From NCBI RefSeq assembly GCF_006345805.1, contig NC_042999.1:12152001-12216000 (forward strand): a DNA stretch of 64,000 nt. Direction: 5' to 3'. The position numbers were made by a program, and so were the translations under genes. This stretch comes from Octopus sinensis. Its lineage: Eukaryota. Of this stretch, positions 13,691 to 26,867 are shown one piece after another (positions within the stretch are counted from its first letter, which is position 1; each line of letters begins with the position of its first letter). The notes below the pieces were generated by a model. That model did not search any database. It saw only the letters and a program-made list of their open reading frames with translations, and was not told where the DNA came from.

Positions 13691-15521
13691 ATGAATATAG
13701 TCCATTCTTTTCATAAATTTCTCAAATTCCATCAAACAAGTGGTATTAAAAAGGTAAAGAGAAATTACCCAGCCAGAGAACTATGTTAATATTTTTGTTT
13801 TCAACAGTTACGTCAGCTGAAGTTGATGAAGAATCATTTGAGAGTTCTGTTTTTCACAGGACATTGCAAGAGTTAGTAGAATGATCTACAAGTTAAAGGC
13901 AGCAAAAGAATACAAGTTCGATCCCAACTGGCACCAAGGTTTTCAAGGCAGAAGTTCAGAGGTATCTCCCCCCCCCATCCCACCTCCGACTTTGTTTTGC
14001 TATAACTTTATACAAATGGCATATTTTCCAATGAAAATTTCCAGAAATAAATATCAGATGATGTAGCAAAAGAATATTTTGGAGGATAGGCAGAGGAGTT
14101 TTGGCTAATTCCCACAAGTCGATTTTGTTCCTCATAACTTTCAGGAAAATGAACATTCTTTAATAAAATTTCCCCATGTACGTTTTAGATGGTACAGATT
14201 ACGATTATGTCGGGAGTTGATGTGTAAAAAAATAGGAAAGAGGACAGATAATTCACACACCTCAACTTTATTTTTAAAAATATCCATTTTTCAGGAATTT
14301 ATGAAGAAACAGAGCCGTTGGGGGGTTGCAGGGTCACACATCTGTTGTTATATCCGGTTTTTAATTAGGGTCATACAACTGGACGGTTATATAAAGATAA
14401 TGCTTGAAGCGATATCACTTGGTAGATTGTCAAACCACAAACTCTTCTTTGGAGTATCTCGAAGTATGTGAAAATACTGGGTTGAAAATCCCTTTTGGAG
14501 ACTCAACAAAATAAATACTATTAATGAATTGCAAGTGGGTAAATCTGGTGAAAAATGAAAAATTGTTTTTATTAAATTTACTCTTTTCCATCCAGTTTTT
14601 ATATATTTTGAAAAGAAAACTCTTTCTGTATAAACTTGTAAATGTGGTGTCAAACTTGGGAAAGTTCTTTTTTTTTTATTTAGTATTTGTCAAACATGGC
14701 ATTAATTATCGTCTTAATTAGTAAAACTCAACTGTTTACAGTTGCATCTTACGGCTAGAGTTTCGGAAAGCTTTGAAAATTCGCATAAATTTCTGGAAAC
14801 TAAAACATGATGCCATTACCGTTTATATAAGTTTATAGGTAAGCAATCGTTGCCAGTTTAATGTAAAGTTATAAATAAAAACGATTCAACATTAAATTGA
14901 AAGACAACTCAATACTTTTAATCGTCATTTACAAAAAGTATGTGTGTGTGTGTATATCTGGAGAGAGAAAAATAAAAATAGATAAAGAAGTATTGTTTGG
15001 TCGAATCGACTCCAGTTTATTGCTTTTGCAGCATTTCTAAAATATATTTTATCGATCTCGATAGTTGACAAGCGACAGCGAGGAAGAAACTTGTCAAAAC
15101 TATTTTGTTGGACACTTTGGTGATTCTCTTAACTTTATATTGCAATGTCAATTAAATTATTAGATTATTTCCGCTAAACACCAGAGCGCATAACTCGAAG
15201 GAAGGGATGGAGGAAGTTTCGAAATTCCTACACTTTCCAAATGTATCATAAACGAGACAGCAACTTTTTCAATTATCAAAATCGAGTCGTCAATTCCGAT
15301 CAACCGAATTTCTAAACCTTACCTTAGATATCGATAAAAATTTCAGACAAATAAAATATACCCTTTCTCATTTAAAATTGATGTGAGAACCTATTTCTAT
15401 GCAAAATGTTGACATAATATAAACAGGATGGAAAATAAGAAATTGTGAATGTTGGGTGAAAATATACTTTTGATGAACTTGAAGAAATTACAACGTTCAA
15501 GATGGTAACCAAAATAAAATT

Positions 15522-15582
<61 letters not shown>

Positions 15583-15600
15583 AGAGAGAAAGAGAGAGGG
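15522..15600. repeat. Compound microsatellite (CA)n(TA)n(GA)n
   Basis: Seen directly; (TA) run about 15537-15580. Confidence 0.95.
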
Positions 15601-16135
15601 CCAATAGGCAAACCTACACAAGTGTACTCGCACGGCTTTGTTTCCTCATAACTTTCAGAAAAATGTATATTTTTAATAGGTATCCGTACATGGCATGTGT
15701 GTGTGTGTGTAGTAAAGGGCCCGGCGGAGAGGTCATCCCTTTCACGAATGCGTAAAAGGGTCTCTACACAAAACGTGCAGTGAGTTCCCGTTCGAACTAA
15801 AGTCTTCCCGGGTCCCATGCAGGGCAGATTATCTCTCCCCATAAATAAATATATATAACGACGAGTCCTCTGAGAAATAACTAAGGATCGTTAATTTCTT
15901 TTTCATTAAGTATAATGCAAGACGAAGAGAGAAAAGTTGTGGATCTCGCCCGCGCCCATAATTGGAATGCGAACCAAGATGGTAACATTCCAGAGGCGGC
16001 CGTGGGTTGCGAAGGTGTTTGGCACCTTTGGAGAGGATCAGGCAGCAACAAGTTATGCCAGTCGTTAACACACATATAGACACGTATATTTAAAGTAGTT
16101 TATAATAATTATTATGACTATTAAATAAATCGAAC

Positions 16136-16229
16136 CTTCCTTGGTCTTCTTTTTCGATGTTAAAGTTCCAATTTTATCGAAGAACGATTCTTCTTTCTTC
16201 TTGGTCGGAGTCGGGTTGGTGTGAGCCAT
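16136..16229 (-). CDS. Parvin: Parvin coding exon 1
   Basis: MAHTNPTPTKKKEESFFDKIGTLTSKKKTKE matches the parvin N-terminus (KKDDSFLGKLGGTLARRKKAKE in vertebrate PARVA). ATG at 16229, phase-1 donor GAA G|gttcga, 94 nt. Confidence 0.9.
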
Positions 16230-16254
16230 TTTGTCGGTCAGGTTCGCTCTCGCC

Positions 16255-16340
16255 AAAGTGAGGCGCCTTTGGTGAGCGCGCGCGCGGGCGTGGGCGGAGG
16301 CGCAGCGAGTGGTAGCGGGGGGCGGGGCGGAGGAGGAGGA
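16255..16340 (-). promoter_or_regulatory. GC/CpG-rich proximal promoter or 5'UTR of parvin
   Basis: Island of gcgcgcgcgc, gggcgg (GC-box) and ggcggaggagg immediately upstream of the parvin ATG, in otherwise AT-rich DNA. Confidence 0.55.
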
Positions 16341-16397
16341 ATGTCAGTTTTGTAAACCAAGAGAGAGAGAGAGAGAGAGAGAATGTTTATCGCTTTT

Positions 16398-16745
16398 ATC
16401 TTCTTCCTTCTGCAAATGATGTCAGCCTGCTGCTGCTGTCAGCACGAAGCGTGTTGCTCTGAGCCAAATGGAATTGGGCTATTTATGTGGTAGAATATAG
16501 AAATAAAGAATATATGAATAGCGGAGGGAACGGGTGGCCAAAATTGTAATATGTGAGGGATTTTGAAATTTATTGCTGCTTTCTTCCTTCTCAAAACAAT
16601 GTCAGGGAATGCAACGCTTTTATGCTGCGCCAAATGAAATTAGGCTGTTTATGTGGTAGAATATATAAATATAATAGGGGAGCGACTGGCCAGAGATGGA
16701 ATATAAGGAATTTGGTCTTTTCCTTCTCTTCAAAATGATGTCGGT
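16398..16745. repeat. Degenerate tandem duplication, period about 166 bp, upstream of parvin
   Basis: gccaaatggaattgggctatttatgtggtagaatata (16463) recurs as gccaaatgaaattaggctgtttatgtggtagaatata (16629). A cttccttct...aatgatgtc-like block occurs three times. Confidence 0.75.
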
Positions 16746-18419
16746 GTGCTGCGAGTGAAAAAACGTTTTAAATAGCCTAATATAAATATTAGGCTCTTTA
16801 TATTGGTGGAATATAAAGGGTGCAACAAAAATACTGCAATTCACTAGTCTTGACAAAACTTTCAGCAGTAAATGTATGACCCACACCAAACCAAAATGTG
16901 ATTGAGATAAAGAAAGGGTAAAACGTTAGTTATACGAAGACGTCATTATTATCCGTCTAACTTCACTGGCACCGCACCAATGTCCATGTAAAATATGGGA
17001 GATTTTTCTGCCGCTCACTGTATAAAGCAATGAACGAGCGGTCGAAATTGTAAAACGTCAGAAACTTAGAACTTGATCGGTGTTTACCTGTTTCTCAAAA
17101 CGATGTCAGTCTACTTGGTATGGGTTCAAACATTTCAGGTTTCTACGAAATGGAATTTGTTTTTGTGAAATCAATCTATCTACCTATTTATCTATCTATC
17201 TATCTATAGATATAAAACAGTGGTGCGATATAGCGGTCAAAAAGGGAATGTGAGAAGCGCATCCGGTTGTGTATAATCTATTCTTTTCGGCTCCCACGTT
17301 TGTTGTAAATTGTAAGTAGATGTTGTAACTAGGATGAAAATCTAAAGAACAATTTCAACGTGGTCCATGATATTCACCAGGCAAAAATTAAATGAGAATT
17401 ATCTGTAATTACTTAACACAGTAATTAATGCTGCTGTTATTTATTTAGATACATGAGGTAGTTGTTAGAGTTGTAAGCCTAGGTGGGCTGAAGTTTTCTG
17501 TGCATCCATCTAGTTTGGGGTCAGCTCTACTGTGCAGCACCTTTGACAACTATCTTGTACTGCAGCCCCTGACTGATCAGTTCCTTGTGAGTGAATTTGG
17601 TGGGCTGAAATTATTCAGAAGCTTGCCACACACACACACACACCCATAGTGGATCACTTTGATAAGCCCCGTGTATAAAAATATTTAGTCCTTGAGTGAT
17701 TTGAAAATTACTTTGGCCTCTAATAGGATGTATCATGATTATCAAATAGTAATGAAGACCAGCTCCATAAGAAGGGAAGATGATCCTTAGGGTCAAGGAT
17801 TCTCCAAAACTGACATGCAATAAAGGAAAAGGACAGGCTTATCACCTGGAGATGTGTGTGTCAAAAACAAAATGGAATACTTTGAGAACTTTATCACGGA
17901 TAAAAGAAAATATTTACATTTTAATCAAAATATATACTACCAGTTTCAATTGTTTTAAAACAGTTTAGTCATGCTGAAATAAATTAATCTTTAATGATAT
18001 CAGTTCTAGGAGTGAACATATTTCTCTTACAAAATTCATGTTGCTGGTCATTCTTTCTCTCCTGATGAGTAGTAGTAGTAGTAGTAGTTATCCTTTGTCA
18101 TGAAAGAGTGGTTGAAGTTGTAGGAGCAGCAGCAGCCTTTCAAGAATTTGGACCTGGAGATCTCCATTTCCGGCGACTTCAAGGGCCACCTCCCAGTGGT
18201 GTCAGGCGTCAACGAAGAGCCCTCGACTACAACAAGACGACCAAAGTTTTTTTTCTCCAGGGTCTGGGGTCTCCCGCCCCTAAGCCCTAGACCATCACCT
18301 AATCACCCTGACCCGTCTTGTTGCTTAACAACAACAACAACAGCAGCAGTAGCAGCAATGTTAGTGGCTGTAGTAGTCACAGTCTTTTCTACTCTAGGCA
18401 CAAGGCCTGAAGTTTTGAG

Positions 18420-18575
18420 GAAAGGGGCAAGTCGATTACATCGACCCCATTACGCAGCTGGTACTTAATTTATCGACCCTGAAAGGATGAAAGGCAAAGT
18501 CGACCTCAGCGGAATTTGGACTCAGAACATAGTGGCAGACGAAATCCCTCTAAACTTTTTGCCAGGCTAACGATT
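18420..18575 (-). mobile_element. SINE with gaggtcgactttgcctttcatcctttc-ggggtcgataaa core
   Basis: Reverse complement of tctgagtccaaattccgctgaggtcgactttgcctttcatcctttcaggggtcgataaattaagtaccagc. The same core occurs near 740-1015 (two copies), 18850-19030 and 62330-62470. It resembles a Meta-domain-type SINE core (inference). Confidence 0.7.
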
Positions 18576-20460
18576 CTCCCAGCTTGTTGCCTTTGTAGGG
18601 GTCATAGTAATGGATGTTTCAGTGTAACAAGTCCAAGCAACAGAGGCAGCTTCAACAGCAGTTGCAGTAGCTGTAATGGTAGCGGTTCTTGCACTACTGA
18701 CACCACCATCACCAGCAGCAGCAGAAGCAATGCTAAACATGTTTGGCCTTTGACGTTCCTGACATTAGTGAGCTGAGCAAATGTAGGTCATTCTTGGCAG
18801 TGTTGTTAGCACATCAGACAAATTGCTGAGTAACATTTCTTACTGCTCTTTATGGTCTGAGTTCAAATCATGCCAAGGTCAACTTTGCCTGTCATCCTTT
18901 CGAGGTCAATAAAATAAAGTACCAATCAAGTACTGCAGTTGATGTAACCCCTCAAATCCTCTCAAATTTGCTGGTCTCATGCCAGCAATCTTGGCATCGT
19001 TCCTGTAGAGGTCAATTTTGCCTTCCATCCTTTTGAGATCTATAAAACAAAAGAACTGGAGTCTCTATAACCAACCTTCATATCTCAGAATTCAGAGCAG
19101 GTGCTTAAATTAGGGACCATTCTTTTAGTATTTGAATCTTTGCTCCTTTGATAATCTTTGTATATTAATCCTGCTGACATCAACTTTGCCTTTCACCATT
19201 ACACAGTTAATAACATAGAAGTTCTGGTGATGTACTGCAATGGATGCAACCAACTAAGCCTTATTCCTCAAAATTTAGGCTTTGCGTCTAAATTAGAAGC
19301 CATTCTTTTGGCATCTGAATTCTCACTTATATCATAATTCTTAATGAATAATGAAATTAGTCACTGAGAATGTACCAGAAGGAAGGGTTGACATGTTTTT
19401 AAGGCTGGATGCCTCTCTTAAAGCCAACAATTTTACAGAGTGTACTCGGGGCCATGTGGTGCTGGCATGGATGCTTTTACATGGCACCAGCATGGGTACT
19501 ATCTGGGTGCCAACAACACTTGATATCAAATTTGGAAGATCACTTTCGTCCCTTTGGAGTATTTAGGACAATTTACCATCACTTTTTTTGTTGGTAAACT
19601 GCATGTTAACTGAGGAAAGTACTGTATTTGATGGTGTAAAAGATGTGCAATCATATTAGATGCAGCCCAAATTTAGGAAAATGTTTTTAGTGCAACTTCA
19701 CATAGAGGGCCAGGGGTAATTTTTTGAGACTTCTTTTGGAAAAATAGTGTGTCTTATATGCCATCAAAGAGGATGTCTTTCTATGAGTTGTTTCTTTTTT
19801 ATCAATAAAATAATCACATAGCTTCCATTTAGTTTCAGTTTATTTTCAGTTAACATGTAGTTTTAGTGTTACAAAAAATTAAATTGCACCAGAATGACTG
19901 TAGTGAAATTTCATAATTTAATAAGCTCAAGCATTGGGACTAGCACCAGAGAAAATGGTTTAATTGGGTGTTTGATGTTTGGTGCAGCAGAGAGAGAGAG
20001 AGAGATACAGGAAAATGCGGTCAGATTGAAATCCTTGATTGTACACATGAAACACTTTGGTCCATTATAATGCAATGGATATTACCAGGGATGGGTTTGA
20101 TACTCATGAGAGAGGCTTCTAATATTAGTTTATGCCCCTTATATTGTTATGAACATTCTTTGAATTTTGTTGATCCAAAAAGGAGAGCATCTATGGACAG
20201 ACGATGGACGCCTGCCACAAAATATAATGGAATTATTGGCGTTCACTTCAGTGTTTGTTTTGCTTTTTGTTATTTCACTAAACTGCAAGTAATAAGGTGG
20301 TGGTGGTGGTGGTGGAGGATTTCTGTCATTCAACAATGAAGAGTTGCTGGTTCAAGTGTCTGAATTAATTAATCAAGTGTCTGCATTCTACACAGACACT
20401 TGACCGTTGCAGATTTCTCAGGCAGAATCAGCATGACATTGGGAAAGATGAGGCTGTATC

Positions 20461-20620
20461 CAAGACCACCTTAGCAGTAATATAGGCCCCTGGGGGCAAA
20501 TCAATGCACTGGGTCCTATAGTATTTATTTATTGAAAGGGGCAAATGTCATAGTTGGGCCCCTAAGACTGTGCAGCCCCTGGGTAACTGCCCAGTATGCC
20601 CATGCTTTAAGATGGTCCTG
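20461..20620. mobile_element. hAT-type MITE with 8-bp TSD
   Basis: Imperfect TIR caagaccacctta / taagatggtcctg, flanked by gctgtatc (20453-20460) and gctgtacc (20621-20628), a 7/8 match. An 8-bp TSD is typical of hAT. Confidence 0.65.
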
Positions 20621-21889
20621 GCTGTACCTTTTGAACTACAGATACAGCCACCTGATTGGTTGATGGTTTCTATACAGACTGTGTACTGAAAGGGTCATTC
20701 TGAGGTTAGAAAATATATTTGCCAAAGATACTACACAGGGAATTGAACCCAAAGCCTTGTTGTTACAGAGCCAACTTCTCAAGCCAATCAGTCACACTGT
20801 GCCTTTATACTTTATATCCAGGAAAAAAGAATTTGTTAAATATCTTCATTGTTAAAGGAACAAAATTATGCAAATAAGAATCACACTTTATGACAAAAAA
20901 AAGTTTTGTTACAACATTTAATACAAAGCTTGCATCAGCTGATGAGCTAAGATTAAAAAATGCAGACATTTAAATTTCATCAAGTTGATATTATATCTGC
21001 CATTCAAAGATGTTTAACATCTTTCTTTTTCAATTCTGTTACCAGATTTTGTAACACAGAAGAGACACTTTGTTGAAAATTACCATGTATCTTCCATGAT
21101 GTGAGATGAGAAGTAATTGGAGATTTCTCAACTCAATGGGGGTGGTTGGCAGTTGTTGTAGTGAAGAAGTGGTAAGGGGTCACAGAGGCAAGGAGTGTTA
21201 TGCTATCACTGGGGTGTGTTGCTTGAATAATCACAAGCCATTAAAAGTGAAGAGCTTAGTGTTGTTTATTAGAACAACACCCAGCAGATAGGTGGTCATC
21301 GTTTGGTGATTTTACAGAAAAATCAACAAATGGACTCTATTGGTTTGTTCCCTAATTTTGTCTGATAACAGGCATTTAGTGTGTCCCCTAGATACTTCCC
21401 TATCATGTGAATGGGGCTTGATAAAGAATGATTTTCCAAGAATTACAATTCCAAAATCAGGCTGCATCTTCCGTGATACAACTTCTACTATACTACAAAA
21501 TACAGTATATAAAAACAGTCTTCTAGCCCCTAAATTCCAAACTATTTTTGAAGAGATGTAAACAGATGTTATTTCTCACAGCGGTGAATCAAAATATCCA
21601 GTTTTTAATAATAAACAGATGTCTCTCAGTGATTTTGGTAGAAGCCCTGAAATGTATGCCATTAATAGCTCAAAACAGATGATAGTGTGGCCTGGTTGCA
21701 TGTATCCCTCTAAAGATATCCTTCAGAAAAATTCAAGCACTTAATCTGATCTCACGTAAAGTTGTGTATAAAAACTTCTTTCATTTTCTGACTTCAGCGA
21801 GCAATTTAGTATGAGGGTGGGAATCCATCAAAGCTCATTTCTCAGTTCCTTCCTTTTCATCAGAGTCCTTCTGGCCACCACAAAGGAGT

Positions 21890-22680
21890 TTCAGGCTGGC
21901 TGTCCATGGGAACTCCTATAAACTGCTCTCCTAGTTTTCATAGCTAAATCCATCGGGGAATTAGGGAGGAAATTTCAGGCATGGAAGCTAAACCTGGAGT
22001 CGAGAGAGTTTAAGGTAAACTTTGCAAAGACAAAAATTTGAGTTTGTGGGAAAGAAGACAGGATCCTAGTTCAGGGGAATGGCTTTGCTTGATAGGTAAA
22101 GGAACGGGTATAAATTCCGTGTATTGTACTCAATGGAAGCTATGGACACTCAAAAGATATAGCAGAATCACAGGCATATGTCAGAGAAGCACTGGGGCAA
22201 TATGTTCTATGAATACACTGGGAATAAAACCCCACGAATACTTGTATGACTCACTAGAATTAGTTGATTGTTTTTGCATCTGTAAGGAAGGTGGTTGCTC
22301 TGAAAGCATTGAGGCCAGAGTAAGATTGCCTAAAAAAAAGCTATTATTGATACTGGTAACAAAGGTCTTTTCCCTTTGAGTGAAAGCTAGACAGTATGAT
22401 GCTTGCGTTAGAACTATAGTGCTGCATGGTAGTGAGACAGGGGCCTTGAATGCAGAGAACTTGAGAAGACTGGAAGGAAATGAAGTAAGCATGCTCCATT
22501 GGCTGTGCAAGGTAATTGTGCATGGAAGACATTGGAGAAAAGTGGTGAGAGAAGGACTTCAGTGGGATCAGATGTGCGCAAGGGAGAGGGTTGCACTGTT
22601 CTGGACATGGGATGCGCATAGATGAGAACAGTTGCATGAAGAAGTGCCAATCACAAAATGGGGCTAAAATCTGTGGATCA
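21890..22680 (+). mobile_element. RTE-clade LINE fragment (RT C-terminal half), decayed
   Basis: GCPWELL*...AWKLNLESREFKVNFAKTKI, a Cys-rich insert WLCLIGKGTGINSVYCTQWKLWTLKR, then VKARQYDACVRTIVLHGSET...LRRLEGNEVSMLHWLC (RTE LxGxExW motif). Confidence 0.85.
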
Positions 22681-25113
22681 ATTTTCTCTGCCAAACCATC
22701 ATCTTCTGCAAGGAATATGTTAAAATCATAGTGAATTAGTGTATGTATGCATGGTGTATATGTATATATATATATATATTATATATTAACAGCGGTGCAC
22801 CAGCATGGCCGCAGCTCTGAGCTGAAACAAGAAAAACGAAAAACAAAAAAACATATGTATGTATGTATATGTATGGTATGGCTGTGTGGTTAAGAAATTT
22901 GCTTCGCAATCATGTAGTTTTGAGTTCAGTGTGTGTAGTATGTTGGGCAAGTGTTTTCTACCCAGGGTAGCCAAAGCTTGTTGAGAGACAGAAACTGAAA
23001 AAAACCCCATTGAACATGTTTATGTGTGTATATTATGTGTGTGTGTGTGCTTCATGTTTCTCTTTCACTCATTGGCTTCAATAACAGTGTCGTTTTGCTT
23101 CCAGTCTGACACAAAAGCATATTTGGGTTTCTTGACATGTTGCATGATTTTTGTCAACAAAAAGCTCATTCGTATAGTGCCATTTCTTCCCAGTTCACTG
23201 CATAACCTACGTCTGGGATGTTCGTTGTTTGATAGACTGGGAGATTATTACTTTACAAGAAAACAAGTTGGGGGGGGGGTTAGAAACAGGAAAGCACTGG
23301 CTGTAGAAAACCCTGCCCCAATGCATTCTTGTCTGATCCATGTAAGCATGGAAAAACAGACATTAAAGGAATGTATGTATGTGTCTGTCTATATATATCT
23401 GACGGAATGTATGCATTGCTTTCATCCATGATAATAAAGGACAGTGAATCTTGTTTTAATAATCCTGTTTAATGGAAGTCATGTGTATTTTAGTTTTAAG
23501 CAAATGCTGAGGAGGGACAAGTAACCTAACAGTGAGTCTTTAATATGTTAATGTGTCAGTAGCTTTTAATTTATGAGTTTGTAATACAAAGTGCTGGATC
23601 ATTAGACATCATCAAAAAAATGTAGGCTTTTTGAGACTGATATGTTAATTTTTAAAAAAATAATGTCATAATTAGCAATCCTATCACTTTTAACATGGCA
23701 TTCCTCTTGATCACCATTTCAATGTCTACTTTGCATGGAGAAGATGAGACTCCATTGAAGCAGGGTTTTCGAAAGCTAAATATTCTTTTTGATACCAATC
23801 CTCACCAGTTCCTAAGAAAGGCAAATAATTCCAGTCGATTAACAACAAACAGCCTGGATATTGTAACAAATTTCTAGACAGATGTAGCTTTTTATGCTAA
23901 TTATGAAAATCATAATAATTTTTCGCAGAAATTAAAAGTAAAGAAGTACTGAAATTTCAAAAATTGAAATTTTTTATCAATTTCAGCCAAATCAGATGTA
24001 GCCATTTTCAATATGCTCAAAGTTGGAATTGCCATTTATTCCCCTCACAGCATATTGGAACCAGTGACTGAGTGGGACATTCAAGTGAAACGAATTTAAA
24101 GCAGAAAATAGAAAACCAATATGAGTGACTGAATGGAAAATTTGGGAAGAAGTCTGGGGAGATATTTTGAAAATGAAGGACAATGAAATGAGATATTTCC
24201 AACAGAAGAATATAAATACTATGGAATAGAGGAATTGCCTGCGAAAATAGCAAATAAAGAGTTCTGGGTTTTTTAAAGAAATCTCTCCTGTGTTACTTAA
24301 AAATATGAGTCATGTGAATGCTGCCAGGTTTGTGTCTTGGATTTGCAATAATAAAAAATGTTGAAAATTTGTCATGATGGAGCTCTAACTGATGGCATCA
24401 TGGAAAAAAGTCATCATCATTTAATGTTCATTTGCTATGTTTGCATAGGTTGGACAGAGTTGATCAAAGCAGATTTTCTATGACCAAACAGATGCCCTTC
24501 CTGATGCCAACCCTTACGTTGCCAAACAAAATAATATTTCTTCATGGCCAGGTGTGTTTTCAGAAGAATATTGGAAATGAATGACAGTTCTTCTATGGCA
24601 GTGACCCTCATTTACAACCATCACATGATGTCAAGACCAGGGGACACAGACATGTACACATCTAACCCATGCAAGCATGGAAAAGTCGATACTAAAACAA
24701 TAAGGATAATGATTCTAATAGAAATCAAATTTAATTTCAGCAAGAACGATCAATAATGAATTTTAAAATTATTCAATTCGCTTGATTTGATAAAATAAAA
24801 GCAAAATATTTCAAAATCCCTGTTTAAAAGTGATAAAATGATCTTCAATTTAAATAGGAACAAGCATGGCTGTGTGGTTAAAGCATTTGCTTTCTAACCA
24901 TGTTGTTTTGGGTTCAGTTACACTGCAGGGCACCTTGGGAAAGTGTCCTCCCCTATAACCTCAAGCCAATGACAGGTTTTGTGAGTTTCTGTGATAGACA
25001 GAAACTGGGGGTGGCTTCAGGGACAGGATGAAAAAGACCCATCAAAGGCTGATGAACTCAGCAAAGTGTTAAGGCCGTCCAATTATGTGACACACGCACA
25101 CACACACTCACAC

Positions 25114-25140
<27 letters not shown>

Positions 25141-25146
<6 letters not shown>

Positions 25147-26020
25147 TAGTACCTTGACTTACGAGTGTCTCAACTAATGAGTTTTTCAAGATATGAGCCA
25201 TCTCTTGGCTGATTTTTGCTTTGAGTTGTGAGCTAAAATTCAGGTTAGGTGCCAGCTTCAGATACCCCACCACTAGGTGGCGTAGCGAATGCCACAGTGA
25301 ATGTCGTAACATCCCCACAGCATCCCGGGTCTCACTCGATAGCTAGACTGATATGAGTGTTAGCAAGTGCGAAGATCGTTAGTGGTAAAATGCTTACTTA
25401 GTCGTTGCAGGCTACAGAAACATCAGTGTTGTGCTTGCAGTTATTTTGCAAAACTTTGTTTTTCCAACCATGGGTCTGAAGAAAGTGAGTGTGAAGGTCA
25501 GTGATGAGAAGAAGTGGATGATGTGCATTGAATTAAAGAAAGAAATTATTGAAAAACATGATGAAAGTGTGTGTATAGTTGACATGGTGAAATAGTACGA
25601 GCATAGCACTTCTACGATCTGCACCAAACTGAAGCAGAAGGAATTGGTACAGGTTGCCAAGGACGTTAGAATAATTTCTAAACAGCAGACATCTATCCAT
25701 GAAAATATGGAGAAGCTGCTGATGGTGTGGTTGATGGAGAAGCAGCTCGTAGGAGATACCGTGACGGAGGCTATAATCTGCAAGAAGGCACAAGCTATTT
25801 ATGCTGATTTGCTGCAGTAGACCCCAGGGACTTGTACAGACGAGGCATCAGGTGAGCCATTTAGGGCTGGTTCAAGAATTTTAAAAAGAGGACAGGCATG
25901 ATAAGGCAGTGAGAGCAGACATGAAGGCAACCAAGGATTACCTCAAAACTTTTGCCAGAATTATAGCATCTGAAGGCTACATCTGCCAGAAAGTCTTTGA
26001 CTGTGATGAAACTAGACTTA
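25141..26020 (+). mobile_element. Tigger/pogo-like DNA transposon, 5' part
   Basis: Starts next to a (TA)n run with a Tigger-like terminus (cagagtagtaccttgacttacgag). CENP-B-type HTH EKKWMMCIELKKEIIEKHD...STSTICTKLKQKE, MEKLLMVWLMEKQLVGDTVTEAIICKKA, and QKVFDCDET. Contains stops. Confidence 0.85.
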
Positions 26021-26109
26021 TATAATAGATGATGTAGTTTCATGATTTCTCAGCATCCATGAATCCAATTTTCTTTAACAATCTGCTCGGTAGTTTATAG
26101 TCTTTAAGT

Positions 26110-26865
26110 TCATATTTGAGAGTGTAAAAATTAACACTTCCTTCTCCAAGCCTAGATTCGAAACCGAATCTAAGAATTCTCGGTTGTCCAAACCACGACG
26201 ATCAACAGGCGTGAAAAAAGGTTTTCTTTGTCCTGTCAAAAATTGATTGATCATCTCCCTTTGACCTACGACCTCAGCCATGTCAGGCAAAGTTCAAATG
26301 GACAGGAGCTGACCTATTTAGGTACAAACTCTGCTGCAGTATGTCTGTCTTTCTAGCTGCCATGATTATTATAAATACGGTGGTCAACAGAGACGAGGGA
26401 GGAGAAAATCCCTGCAGGCATCAAGGAAGCTCGACCACACAACAGGTTTTGAATGACCGCACAGAATGTTCGAAGTGCCATCAGACACAAAGGATGTGGC
26501 ATAGACAGAGGTGATTGAAGGATTCTAGTTGCTTAATATCTTCTACCTTCATCGGCCATGACTTGCTGCCGTAAAGGAGAACCATTCGCACTAGTGCTTG
26601 GTAGATCCGTACTTTGGTGTGTGTCGGATCTCAGATCTTGACCAGAGTCGTACATTGAGTCGGTTGAAGGCTTAGCGAGCGAGGTCGATTGGTGTTTTGA
26701 TGTCAGCCTCACCTTGACCTGTAGCTGTAATGATGACGCCAAGGTATTTGAAACTCTCTTCAAGAATATCACCATTGAGGACAATGGGTGTTTTGTCTGG
26801 TGGGGCAAAGCCAGCTGTGAGGATTTAGGCCTTCGAGGCATTGACTTTCATACCAAATTGTTATG
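26110..26865 (-). mobile_element. RTE-clade LINE 3' fragment
   Basis: FGMKVNASK, ESFKYLGVIITATGQGEADIKT.IDLAR*AFNRL, then after a frameshift KVRIYQALVRMVLLYGSKSWPMKVEDIKQLESFNHLCLCHIL. Confidence 0.85.
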
Positions 26866-26867
26866 AA

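Noticed and set aside
14122-15680. About 45-nt near-repeat ttgttcctcataactttcag.aaaatg at 14122 and 15636
   Set aside because: Looks like a common internal motif of non-autonomous DNA elements; no TIR or TSD could be defined.
17200-17320. CpG-containing segment with aaatt|gtaagt as the first exon of a gene divergent from parvin
   Set aside because: No downstream coding exons were identified on the + strand.
18050-18780. ORFs with poly-T/A/V/S runs and an ISGDFKGH motif
   Set aside because: Built from (CAG)/(AAC)/(GTA) simple repeats and SINE pieces. The GDF match is isolated.
23695-23877. ORF starting aacATGgca with a hydrophobic N-terminus
   Set aside because: No homology, no convincing splice partner, and only 60 codons.
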